The notes under the pieces were generated by a model. The model worked only from the letters and a program-made list of their open reading frames with translations. It ran no database searches and was not told where the DNA came from. Below are positions 37,754 to 46,735 of a DNA stretch of 61,749 nucleotides, in pieces. The number at the start of each line of letters is the position of its first letter. Position 1 is the stretch's first letter. Location of the stretch: positions 1-61,749 of IMG/VR virus record IMGVR_UViG_3300049846_002543. One strand, given 5' to 3'. The DNA comes from a virus. Its lineage: Duplodnaviria; Caudoviricetes. Position numbers and translations under genes: made by a program.

Positions 37754-38704
37754 TCAGTTGCCATCAAGGAACAACAGCTTGGCTCGCAGAGCCTCGGGGG
37801 ACATGTTGTTCAGATAACGCCAAGCTTGATCGGGAGCTTGGTTCATAACCTGACCGAACTGTTCCCACTGCATGTTGGGATCTTGCTGAGGTTGACCGCC
37901 GGTGGAAGCGGCAGGCACAGCAGGCACTTGGTCATAGTTGGGCTGATAGCTCTGCTGGATAGCAGTGCGAGCTTCATCAGCAGCAATCTGCTCATCGGTG
38001 CGCAGATCGGTGGGATACACCTCGGTGAAGAACCGGTTGGTGTAATCGGCGAGCTGATCAGGATCAGTCAGAATCTGCTCCATCGCCATGCCACGGGTGG
38101 CAATTTGCTCAAGAGTTTGATGCTGCTGAATCAGGGCATCCTCCAGAGTGGTGGAGTACTGATTCAGAATCGCCGGAGCTTCCAGACCGAAGTGATTAAC
38201 GACGGCGGCGCTTGCTTGGCTTAACTGCGGCTCCTGAGCCGTAGAAGTCGGCGAGGAAGTTGGGGTCGTATAGACGTTGCTGGATAAGATCGGCTGAGCC
38301 GTAGGGGGTTGGTAAGCCCAGGGCTGTTGGACCTGTGAAGCCAGACTGTTCTGTTGAATATCCTGCGCCGCCAGTTGGGGCTGCGCTAACGATGCTGTCT
38401 GGCTGGGGGACGGGGAGAGCCGGGAGACGATCCGGTCCAGGCTGCCCAGCGCTGCTTCCCACGGGTTGCTCGGGGAGGAGGCTGACGGAAACTGGCTGGA
38501 CTGGCTGCTGATAGAAGGGGCCGTAGCCAGTTGTGCCGGCGACGGCGCTTGGGCTGTAGTTGCCGAAGCTACCGCCGGGGTAGGGGTTTGCGCCACCCAC
38601 TGAGGGTAAGCGGTTGAGCCCATATCCGGGGAGAAGGCCGCCTGGGGCGCCGCTACTGCCGGGGAGACCGGGCTCGGGGTCGAAGCTGGGATCGCTTGGC
38701 TCAT
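37754..38704 (-). CDS. capsid scaffolding protein (putative)
   Basis: Pro/Gln/Ala/Ser-rich N-half and helical C-half, between portal and MCP. Confidence 0.65.
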   Translation of the reverse strand: MSQAIPASTPSPVSPAVAAPQAAFSPDMGSTAYPQWVAQTPTPAVASATTAQAPSPAQLATAPSISSQSSQFPSASSPSNPWEAALGSLDRIVSRLSPSPSQTASLAQPQLAAQDIQQNSLASQVQQPWAYQPPTAQPILSSNVYTTPTSSPTSTAQEPQLSQASAAVVNHFGLEAPAILNQYSTTLEDALIQQHQTLEQIATRGMAMEQILTDPDQLADYTNRFFTEVYPTDLRTDEQIAADEARTAIQQSYQPNYDQVPAVPAASTGGQPQQDPNMQWEQFGQVMNQAPDQAWRYLNNMSPEALRAKLLFLDGN

Positions 38705-40436
38705 AGCTGCCCGAGTAAGTTAGTTCTTGCGCGAGGTGATCGAATGTGCGGTAGAGGAGAGGCGTTATATTTAACCTCGGATCCGCCGCTAAGGGCTGGG
38801 TCGGCGCAAGAGGGTGCGGCGACTGCATCAGCTGATTTAATGTTAGCAGGAAATTTTGTAGCGCGGCTTGCGTTTGTTGAATCATTCTGAAGGGGAATCC
38901 CTTCAACATTTCAGATCGTTCTAGATCACTCTTGTCTGGGAACAAGTAGCGCAGAGCTTCCACGCTGTCAACACCGAGTTCTTGAAGATTTCGAACAACG
39001 ATTGACTTTTGGTTGATGTCGTACGCCGTATCTTCATAGACGTCACCTTGGAAGCGATAGGTCACTTCCCGGTCGCCATCTGGAGGTAATCCAAACACAC
39101 CGCCGGGGACTTTGTTTTCCGACAGAGCCGTTTGGATGGCCACGTCGACGTCCCGCTCGTATTTGGCCAGACGCTTCTGATACTTCTCGGCGGCTTCCGG
39201 GGTATCTTCTTTCGGTTCTTTGGGCGGAGCCATGCCCATGACCGAGATGAAACTCTCGCGGAAAATTTGCTCTTGATGATAAATAATCATCTCCAGCAAA
39301 CGACAGAAGCCGTAGCTCAGAAAGCTCTTATTTTTACGAAGAGCAGTCGCCTGAGCACGACCCATAAGGCCCTTAATCTCAGTCGCAGTGGCACCGGCGC
39401 TAATCGATATTTCATCAACGCCGCCGAGTGCAGTTCGAATTTCCTCTCGTAATAAAAGGGCATAACGATTCATGTCCCCGTTAACGGGGTCAGGGGTCAT
39501 ATAACCGACTCGGTCTGTCGGTTCGACGTTGGCAATAATTCGAGGAACTCGAAGACCCCCGATACCAGACTGCGATCCGAAAGGATCCGAGACCCGCGTG
39601 GACGGAGAATCTAAACCGCCAAATCCGCTCTGACTGCTGATCGTCGGACGGAAGTTACGATCGGTATCACTCGCCTCCACCAGATCACTACGCGGACGCG
39701 AACTGATCAGAGTCGGGTTGCCAAAGAACTCGATGTTCTTGGCGATATTCTGCATCATCTGATCATGCAGAACAATCTGCTGCATGAACGGCTCGAATTC
39801 GCCTTCGCCTTCAGTGCCGCTAGCGTTGGGTTTGTTAAGAACCTCCACGGCGGGGATAAACCCGAGCGTGTTAGGTCGGCTGTTCCGAGGCGTAATAACG
39901 GAACCCGGCTCTAAGTCAAAACTCAGCTCTGTGTCGGCTTCGTACTCTGTGATCGTCTCAGCCGTAATCGAGATACGGACGTACCTCTTGTTCTGACCGT
40001 AAGTATTTGAAGGCAGCCCTAAATTGCCATTCTTAACTTTGTAGGAATAAAGGATTACAACCTCTTCGATTTCTCCATTGAGGTCGTGATAAACCCGATA
40101 CTGATTTTTGTTGAAAAAATAAATCTGATACTTCAGCTTGGGGTCGGGCCTGAAGTAAAAAAGACCCGAACCGTCGATCAAAAAATTCCGAACGATAGCC
40201 GGGAAGCGGATATCAAGTTTATTAAGTTTTATCAGATCATCCAGAAACTTACTACGAGCTTTATACGTATCCTGCTCACAATAGAAAAACAGACCCTTCT
40301 TAATCATAAGAAGGGTCATCTGCTGGACATGGCTCAGCACCACCATGGTGGCGGATTGCTTAGAGCGATCCTGAGTTCGGGCTGCCTCCAGAATCTCACT
40401 GAATCGTCCTCGGACACTTAGAAGATCTGCAGGCAT
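38196..40436 (-). CDS. portal protein with long Pro/Gly-rich C-terminal extension
   Basis: 746 aa between terminase and scaffold/MCP; LGFIPAVEV, ATATEIK and helical patterns typical of portals. Confidence 0.75.
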   Translation of the reverse strand: MPADLLSVRGRFSEILEAARTQDRSKQSATMVVLSHVQQMTLLMIKKGLFFYCEQDTYKARSKFLDDLIKLNKLDIRFPAIVRNFLIDGSGLFYFRPDPKLKYQIYFFNKNQYRVYHDLNGEIEEVVILYSYKVKNGNLGLPSNTYGQNKRYVRISITAETITEYEADTELSFDLEPGSVITPRNSRPNTLGFIPAVEVLNKPNASGTEGEGEFEPFMQQIVLHDQMMQNIAKNIEFFGNPTLISSRPRSDLVEASDTDRNFRPTISSQSGFGGLDSPSTRVSDPFGSQSGIGGLRVPRIIANVEPTDRVGYMTPDPVNGDMNRYALLLREEIRTALGGVDEISISAGATATEIKGLMGRAQATALRKNKSFLSYGFCRLLEMIIYHQEQIFRESFISVMGMAPPKEPKEDTPEAAEKYQKRLAKYERDVDVAIQTALSENKVPGGVFGLPPDGDREVTYRFQGDVYEDTAYDINQKSIVVRNLQELGVDSVEALRYLFPDKSDLERSEMLKGFPFRMIQQTQAALQNFLLTLNQLMQSPHPLAPTQPLAADPRLNITPLLYRTFDHLAQELTYSGSYEPSDPSFDPEPGLPGSSGAPGGLLPGYGLNRLPSVGGANPYPGGSFGNYSPSAVAGTTGYGPFYQQPVQPVSVSLLPEQPVGSSAGQPGPDRLPALPVPQPDSIVSAAPTGGAGYSTEQSGFTGPTALGLPTPYGSADLIQQRLYDPNFLADFYGSGAAVKPSKRRRR

Positions 40437-40454
40437 TTTACGAAAACGACGTTA

Positions 40455-41297
40455 TCAGGAGTCCGGAAGAAGGTACTCCTTCACTCGTTCCAGTTTAAAC
40501 AATTCTGGCGGTAAAAGATCATGCGGATACGCGGTCAGCAAATGATCTTTGCGCCCGAGCGGATCGGTCCCGCCCACTGTGGCTTTGTACTTATCCAGAT
40601 AATCCAGCATTTCCTCGCTGTATGCAGGAGCGTGTGCATTAGGTATGTCGTCATAGCAGTGAGAGAATGACGTCAACTTACGCTTAAGGCGATCCGGACC
40701 TCCCATCCAACTAAAATGCCACCCGGCGTCACAATCTCCTACGACAATATCGTTCGGATTTCTGCGGATCTCAGAGAGGGTCTGATCCAAATGATCATGA
40801 AGGACAACGGTCCCACAAGTCCAGTTAGTCGGAGGCTTTGTTTTGTCTCCGTCTGGACTCACAACACGAAGGTCCGCTCGGCCATACATCATCGGCATCG
40901 ACAGACGAACACATCGCGCAGGATCTGCCTTAGCCAGGTCTACAGCTTCTAAGAGAGCGGATGGTTTGGGTATTTCGTCTACGTCGGAAAAGAAAAAGAC
41001 CGAATCAGGCGGAGTCATCCGCATTCCCACAGCGAGGGCATCTCGCTGAGCGAACTCGCGGATCCAAGGACTAGGAGCGATATCCGGCGGCGGAAGCTCG
41101 ACGTGCAGAACTTGAAGTTTGTCTTCGGGCAACCCAAGTTTTCGGATCGTCTCTAAGCAAGTAAAAGGCTTTTCGTCACCTTTAAACGTACGATTGGCGT
41201 CCGTGATAATGAAACCATCTACAATGTCTTTAAGAATTTCTACACGGAGTTCAAGTAGTTCTGCTTCGTTGAAATAAAGAAAACAATCAAACAGCAT
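40455..41297 (-). CDS. glycosyltransferase family 17 (MGAT3-like beta-1,4-GlcNAc transferase)
   Basis: FDCFLYFNEAELLELR, TFKGDEKP, EFAQRD, SDVDEIP, AGWHFSW; likely ATG 41297. Confidence 0.85.
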   Translation of the reverse strand: MLFDCFLYFNEAELLELRVEILKDIVDGFIITDANRTFKGDEKPFTCLETIRKLGLPEDKLQVLHVELPPPDIAPSPWIREFAQRDALAVGMRMTPPDSVFFFSDVDEIPKPSALLEAVDLAKADPARCVRLSMPMMYGRADLRVVSPDGDKTKPPTNWTCGTVVLHDHLDQTLSEIRRNPNDIVVGDCDAGWHFSWMGGPDRLKRKLTSFSHCYDDIPNAHAPAYSEEMLDYLDKYKATVGGTDPLGRKDHLLTAYPHDLLPPELFKLERVKEYLLPDS

Positions 41298-41349
41298 GGA
41301 AGGCCGGAACGGGCCTGCATAGCTTAGCAAGATTTAGCAAGAAAAGCAC

Positions 41350-41601
41350 TCACCAGCTGCGGCACGCCCAATAGCGAGCTTTTAACTTACTCCCTGGGTT
41401 ATCGCAGTTATGTCGCGCTCTGAAATTGGCGCGTCTCTCTGGGATGTGTTTCTTAATTGTCATGTTCGGATCGCCAAAACGAACCAAACGAACCTGATCA
41501 CCTTCTTTCGCGGCCACGGCAAATTTCTTACCGCCGCCAGAATCACGACGAGGTTTGTTATACCCGTCAAACACTTCTCCGGCCATGCGAATCTTAGCCA
41601 T
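41350..41601 (-). CDS. small basic protein with N-terminal IRMAG motif
   Basis: GYNKP...VRFGDPNM...RRANFRARHNC...ARYWAC pattern of a widespread phage family. Confidence 0.75.
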   Translation of the reverse strand: MAKIRMAGEVFDGYNKPRRDSGGGKKFAVAAKEGDQVRLVRFGDPNMTIKKHIPERRANFRARHNCDNPGSKLKARYWACRSW

Positions 41602-41819
41602 CAGTCTTTATTCTTTCTTTTAATATATTCGGAAGCACGACGACGAGCTTCTTTAGCTTTTTCAGTATTCGGTACTTGAGTATTTACTGGTTTATTACCC
41701 GCAGTAGCACGTTTCTTCTTTTCATCCGTAGCGCGACGCTCTTCTGCGCTCATAGAAGCCCACGCAGATTTGGGAAGATAGCGTTCTGTGCGACCTTTTT
41801 CCCGCGCTAAATCAGCCAT
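41601..41819 (-). CDS. small basic protein (DUF5872-like, C-terminal half)
   Basis: ERYLPKSAW..MS..ERRATDEKKK...VPNT. Confidence 0.65.
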   Translation of the reverse strand: MADLAREKGRTERYLPKSAWASMSAEERRATDEKKKRATAGNKPVNTQVPNTEKAKEARRRASEYIKRKNKD

Positions 41820-41821
41820 AA

Positions 41822-42052
41822 CTAGGACTTTTTGCTTTTTTCGTATTCTTCACGAGTTTGCCAATCTTCCTTACCCCAACGGCTGAGCTTGTTTTCGCTT
41901 GATTTCTTACCCTCGTACCTTCCGCCTGCTTCCTTGTAGTACTTAACAGCAAGCTGCATAGCTCGCGCCGAATGACCTCCTAAACGTTTGCGTGCTTTAG
42001 CTTTAGCGGCGGCCCACTTCTTAGGGTCCCGCTTCTTCGCAACTTCAGCCAT
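41822..42052 (-). CDS. small basic protein (DUF5872-like, N-terminal half)
   Basis: KWAAAKAKA...HSARAMQLA...YKEAGGRY...W.KEDWQT; likely ATG 42052. Confidence 0.65.
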   Translation of the reverse strand: MAEVAKKRDPKKWAAAKAKARKRLGGHSARAMQLAVKYYKEAGGRYEGKKSSENKLSRWGKEDWQTREEYEKSKKS

Positions 42053-42368
42053 TGGCCACGGGGGTTCCGTCCCCCGGCGAGACAGGAATACCGGTGCGTG
42101 GACCACGCTTGGCGGCGGCTTTGCGAAGCATCTCCGCTTTTATTTCTTCTGTGGGATCCTGAGTAGGAGAGAACTCATCTTCGTACGTACCGTAGGGACC
42201 GTACTGAGGAGGAATAGGTGCGTTAGGAGCTTCTTCACTCACTTGATTCTCGTATCCATCGCTTCGCATAGCCGCCCGTTGAGCGGTACGTTGACGACGT
42301 GACGCTAATTCCTGGGCATTAAATGCCTTCGTGAAAAAGTCGCCAGCTTCGAAAAACGGATCTGCCAT
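42045..42368 (-). CDS. hypothetical protein
   Basis: 107-aa ORF. Confidence 0.65.
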   Translation of the reverse strand: MADPFFEAGDFFTKAFNAQELASRRQRTAQRAAMRSDGYENQVSEEAPNAPIPPQYGPYGTYEDEFSPTQDPTEEIKAEMLRKAAAKRGPRTGIPVSPGDGTPVANG

Positions 42369-42380
42369 GGTTATATTCTA

Positions 42381-42578
42381 TTACATACTGCCGATTTGTT
42401 GCGCCGCAAGAGCTTTGGCTAAAAGATCAGACTTAAGAGCCGACATAAAATCAGACGAAACTCCGCCTCTTTTTCGCAATGAACTAATAATGTCATCGGC
42501 ATCTAAACCGGTGCTTCGACGAAAACTCGAATCACCGCCGCCGAGTAAAGAGATCAGATTTGCGTAATCAGCGGCCAT
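42381..42578 (-). CDS. hypothetical protein
   Basis: 65-aa ORF, TGATG-coupled. Confidence 0.6.
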   Translation of the reverse strand: MAADYANLISLLGGGDSSFRRSTGLDADDIISSLRKRGGVSSDFMSALKSDLLAKALAAQQIGSM

Positions 42579-42862
42579 CAGTACAAGACAAAAACACCAG
42601 GAGCATTACCGCTGATAATAGCTGTACAAGAAATAGGGATAAGTTGGTTACCTTGCAGGTTCGTAGCCGAAGCTTGCTGGCCCGGTGCGTCTGTTAACTC
42701 AACCGTTAGGTATGACTTATTCGCGTTAGGGTCTTCTTCCAAAAAGATGGCTCGGCACGCAGGAAAGCGTTTTAAACCTGACGCAGGATTCCAGCCGAAG
42801 CCACTGGCATACGGCAAAGCCGAGGTCTGACCGTAAACCGAACCAAAAGCTCTGACGTCCAC
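42578..42862 (-). CDS. putative small virion protein
   Basis: 94 aa, beta-rich, with three Ser-Gly motifs. Confidence 0.55.
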   Translation of the reverse strand: MDVRAFGSVYGQTSALPYASGFGWNPASGLKRFPACRAIFLEEDPNANKSYLTVELTDAPGQQASATNLQGNQLIPISCTAIISGNAPGVFVLY

Positions 42863-42865
42863 TAC

Positions 42866-43093
42866 TTAATGATTCTCTTTGTTTGATTCTAACTCACCGA
42901 TCAAACACTGAAGGTACCAAGCCGCTTTTTTGAGGTCCTCCACGCCGTTTTTGAACTTGTATCGCCAAACATATTTAGCGATATTCCCGTGGCAGTAGTC
43001 TCTAAACCCTTCAGGACCTAACTGAGCCTTCAAAGCGTCGATGCACTCAATAACACCTGACGTATAGTGCGAAGGGTGATTGACGTTGTCCAT
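42866..43093 (-). CDS. DUF3310 protein (T7 gp1.7 nucleotide kinase-like)
   Basis: VNHPSHY...IECID...GNIAKYVWR...KNGVEDLKKAAWYL. Confidence 0.9.
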   Translation of the reverse strand: MDNVNHPSHYTSGVIECIDALKAQLGPEGFRDYCHGNIAKYVWRYKFKNGVEDLKKAAWYLQCLIGELESNKENH

Positions 43094-43099
43094 AAAAAT

Positions 43100-43981
43100 T
43101 CAGATCTGAAGCATTGTATCGCAGGTTATAAGCTCTGTCTGCTTTTTAGCGAGTTCTGTCGAGTACTTAGTGTCGTCATGTGCTAATAAACAGCACGGAT
43201 GAGGCTTATAAACGCCATTTTCCTCAATAACCGGGATGCACCGCCGATGTTCGTGCCCCAAAGGGACGTTTTCGAACGCTAAACCCATGGAACTTCGATC
43301 AGCAAGGGGCCAATTTCGGAATCCGACAATTTCTACGCTCTTTGTTGGGTCCATACTGTCGCTTCTGACATATTTGACCGCGTCAAAACTATCCAAAATC
43401 ATCGCAGCGTAATAAGGACTTGCAATTTGGGCAAAAAACTTAATCTCTCGGTCAATTATGAGCAATTTCTTTACGTCGAAGCCTCGATCAGACCAAACGT
43501 TCGGTGTTCGCTTAGTCAAAAGATACCGGTAGTGATTATCAAACGGTATTTTTTGCCCTTTGAAGCTTTCGTAGCGAATAAACCCCGGTTCAAGCCCATG
43601 CTCGGCTAAGCGAGGCTTCCAGCGTAACCAATACTTAAAATGATCCCAAGTTATAAGCATGTCATTCTCCTGATATATGTAATAATCGTACTTGTAGTTC
43701 ATACAAGCTTGTACTAAGTCGTGTTTGTGCGCCCAGGTCAGTCCCCACCCGGCATACTCGGGACCGGCGATGACTATATTCAGCTCTAACAGGCCATTAA
43801 AAGGTCTTAAAAGCTGCGCTAGTTTATCAACGTCACTCTGAGCCTCATAATTCACGTATATAAACACAGAAACTTTAAGTTCAAACTCTGTGTAGAGCTT
43901 TAAAACCTTCAGTAGTTTCTCAACCCGAGCTAAAGGATCGTGAGCCGCGATAGCAACCCAGAGTGTTTTGTCAAAAACCAT
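43100..43981 (-). CDS. putative GT-A fold glycosyltransferase
   Basis: Beta-strand N-terminus, LTWAHK, YDYYIYQENDM (DxD-like), late H-x-D-x-KY motif. Confidence 0.5.
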   Translation of the reverse strand: MVFDKTLWVAIAAHDPLARVEKLLKVLKLYTEFELKVSVFIYVNYEAQSDVDKLAQLLRPFNGLLELNIVIAGPEYAGWGLTWAHKHDLVQACMNYKYDYYIYQENDMLITWDHFKYWLRWKPRLAEHGLEPGFIRYESFKGQKIPFDNHYRYLLTKRTPNVWSDRGFDVKKLLIIDREIKFFAQIASPYYAAMILDSFDAVKYVRSDSMDPTKSVEIVGFRNWPLADRSSMGLAFENVPLGHEHRRCIPVIEENGVYKPHPCCLLAHDDTKYSTELAKKQTELITCDTMLQI

Positions 43982-43982
43982 G

Positions 43983-45506
43983 TCAATACTCGACCGAAAA
44001 ACTACCTCGCCGCTGAAGAAAAGTTATTAACCAAGTGTATGCGTCCAACAAGTCATCATGCGCGGTGGCGCCTACGTTAATCAGCTGGTCGAACAACGCA
44101 TCGAACTTGCGATATTTGTTAAAAATCACTTTTTGATTTTCTAAAAGACCCAAGGTGCCTCGGAAACGAGCGATTTTGTCGCCTCTAAACCCTTTAACTT
44201 CGTGGATATGCAGATTACTTAGTCCCCTTTCGTTCAAAAGAACGCGTCTCAGGTCCGCAGCGAGGCTTGCTTGGTATGCCACGGATTCAACAACGAGCGT
44301 CACCGTGGAATATGTCGGCTGGTACTCCCCGTTGTACTTAGTCAAAATGCCCCACTCAAGCAACATATCACACAGCAGATCTATCTTTTCAAGATTTCCT
44401 ATAGAACGACACTGATGTGCGTCTACGATATAGTACTTATCCTTTAAGCGGCCTCCAAGAACAAACGCCGTGTAGTCAGACGTCTCGTTTTTACTGGCTG
44501 AAAGGTCAATTCCGAGCGCCAGGCTGTCGAATTCGGTCGCCACGTCCCCTTTGATCAGAAGATCCGGGGAAACAACCAGATCGCTCGTAGCTACAGGCTG
44601 CTGTTGGTACTGGAAACAGAATGCGACGGGATCAAGTTCTTTCTGTTGTAATAAATAATCGACAGACCACTGAGTCTGCCAGTAACTTTTAGGCTGACCT
44701 TTGTCGTCATATGTCAGCGCTTCCTGCATAACCTGCTTCCACCCTTTTTCGGGCACAAACATCGTTTTGTGAATATCCAACGGATGGAATCGAGTGCCCA
44801 GACAGATAGATCTACCGCCTTCAAACACAATGGGAGCGATAACGCTACTCCAGTTATTATTCATCTCCTCCCGAATCGTCGGGTTTTTGATGTCAGCCGA
44901 GCTTTTTATAGGGTCATCGATCAGCACTAGGTGAGCACGTTTAGACGTGATGCTACCTCGTAGACCTGCAGCTCTTAGAGTAAATTCTTCATCGCCTAAG
45001 CGAGGGATATTCGCGTAATCATAATCAATAGACCAGCCGATATCGGATTGCATCCCGGGCTTAAGTCGGCACGTCGGGAAGATCTTGCGGAATTCTGAAG
45101 AGTCGACGATTTGCCGAATAATCCTGGATTTCGGAATTGCGGTAGCGATGTTGTAACTAACGTAAATAATCTGCAGCGGTCTCTTGGCGGCTGTATGCCG
45201 ACCGATGCACCACGCGGTGAACATGTTGAGCACCGTAGATTTAGCTGAACCTCGTGGCGCCAAAATATCAAGATTAGGCCCGGCTATGTCCAAAAGATAC
45301 TTATTACTCTCATTAGTTACCAAGTGCTCATGCCATTCGAGCATGTGCGGTGCAGGAGGTTTGTCTAAAAGAGTACAGAAAGTGTGAAAGTCATTAGCTG
45401 CTTTGGTATAAATAGTTTCTATTGCACTATTATCGCCCGCTTCGACTGCCTTTAAAGCCCGTAGTTGAGCTCCACGGCGATACGCAAAAGTCTCTCTACT
45501 CGGCAT
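43983..45506 (-). CDS. terL: terminase large subunit
   Basis: Walker A APRGSAKST, Walker B LVLIDD, GTRFH coupling motif, nuclease GIDLS...SDYT and HDDLLDA. Confidence 0.95.
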   Translation of the reverse strand: MPSRETFAYRRGAQLRALKAVEAGDNSAIETIYTKAANDFHTFCTLLDKPPAPHMLEWHEHLVTNESNKYLLDIAGPNLDILAPRGSAKSTVLNMFTAWCIGRHTAAKRPLQIIYVSYNIATAIPKSRIIRQIVDSSEFRKIFPTCRLKPGMQSDIGWSIDYDYANIPRLGDEEFTLRAAGLRGSITSKRAHLVLIDDPIKSSADIKNPTIREEMNNNWSSVIAPIVFEGGRSICLGTRFHPLDIHKTMFVPEKGWKQVMQEALTYDDKGQPKSYWQTQWSVDYLLQQKELDPVAFCFQYQQQPVATSDLVVSPDLLIKGDVATEFDSLALGIDLSASKNETSDYTAFVLGGRLKDKYYIVDAHQCRSIGNLEKIDLLCDMLLEWGILTKYNGEYQPTYSTVTLVVESVAYQASLAADLRRVLLNERGLSNLHIHEVKGFRGDKIARFRGTLGLLENQKVIFNKYRKFDALFDQLINVGATAHDDLLDAYTWLITFLQRRGSFSVEY

Positions 45507-45560
45507 GTTGATAAACTGACAGCGCTGTTATAGTGATTGTACTCGATTCGTCGCGTTTGC

Positions 45561-46733
45561 ATGTCGAAAATCCTTTGGTATGGTGATGCTTGTAGTAATA
45601 CAGGCTTTGCGAGAGTAACACACAGCGTACTGGACGTTCTTAAAAACGAACACGAAATTGTGGTGATGGGGATCAACCACACGGGCGATCCTCACGACAA
45701 ACCATATAAGGTATATCCGGCTTGTCCTGCGGGTTCAGGTGATCGGTTCGGAATCGGCAGAATTCCAGAAATTATTGACAGGGAAAAACCAGACGTCGTG
45801 ATCTGCCTTAACGACATTTGGGTCGTTAATCAATTCTGGGAACGCTGTCAGTTTTTGAAAGATCAGATCGGCTTTAAGTTCATCGCTTATTTCCCGGTGG
45901 ATAGCGAAAGCTATTTTCCAGATATGCTCCGGCATGTAAAGCACTGGGATTTAGCAATAACTTTTACCGTACCCTCTGCTGAACGCATCATGAAATATGG
46001 GGCCAATGCCCCCCGACTTGCTGTTCTTCCCCACGGTGTCGATACCGGCCGCTTCTATCCGATCGACAAAGCTGAAGCCCGCAAACGAATCGGAATCCCC
46101 GAAGATAAATTCGTGGTTCTCAACGCGAACAGAAACCAGCCTCGTAAACGCATCGATTTAACGATCAAAACCTTTGCCGAGTTTGCAGTAAACAAACCTG
46201 ACACCATGCTGTACCTACACATGGGTACCAAAGACATGGGTTGGGACATCCTGCCGCTCTTTAAACACGAGATGCAGCGCCGTGGCCTAGACGACGCCAA
46301 TCGCCTGATTCTGACTTCGGCGAATATCAACTACCTGAGCGCACCTCCGGACGAACTGCTAAATACGATTTATAACGCCTGTGATGTCGGTATCAATACA
46401 TCCGACGGGGAAGGCTGGGGTCTCGTCAGCTTCGAACACGCAAGCTGCCAGAAACCTCAAGTGGTCCCCAAACACACCGCGTGTCAGGACATCTGGGAAG
46501 GTGCAGCCGAACTTATCCCCATTTCCACATGGGTTGTGGATAAAGACTTAGGAGTTGAGCGAGGCCTCATCGACATAACGCAAGCTGCTCGCATTTTGGA
46601 CGATTTATATTTTGCTGCGGATGTCTACAACGAAGTTGCCGAAGCGTGTTACGCCGTTACACAAAAGCCCGAATATCGCTGGGAATCGATAGCCGCAGGC
46701 TTCAGCGCAGCCATTAAGGATCTGGGAGTTTGA
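45561..46733 (+). CDS. GT-B glycosyltransferase (GT4-like)
   Basis: TGFARVT, PHGVD, NRNQPRKRID, EGWGLVSFE (EX7E) motifs. Confidence 0.9.
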   Translation: MSKILWYGDACSNTGFARVTHSVLDVLKNEHEIVVMGINHTGDPHDKPYKVYPACPAGSGDRFGIGRIPEIIDREKPDVVICLNDIWVVNQFWERCQFLKDQIGFKFIAYFPVDSESYFPDMLRHVKHWDLAITFTVPSAERIMKYGANAPRLAVLPHGVDTGRFYPIDKAEARKRIGIPEDKFVVLNANRNQPRKRIDLTIKTFAEFAVNKPDTMLYLHMGTKDMGWDILPLFKHEMQRRGLDDANRLILTSANINYLSAPPDELLNTIYNACDVGINTSDGEGWGLVSFEHASCQKPQVVPKHTACQDIWEGAAELIPISTWVVDKDLGVERGLIDITQAARILDDLYFAADVYNEVAEACYAVTQKPEYRWESIAAGFSAAIKDLGV

Positions 46734-46735
46734 TC

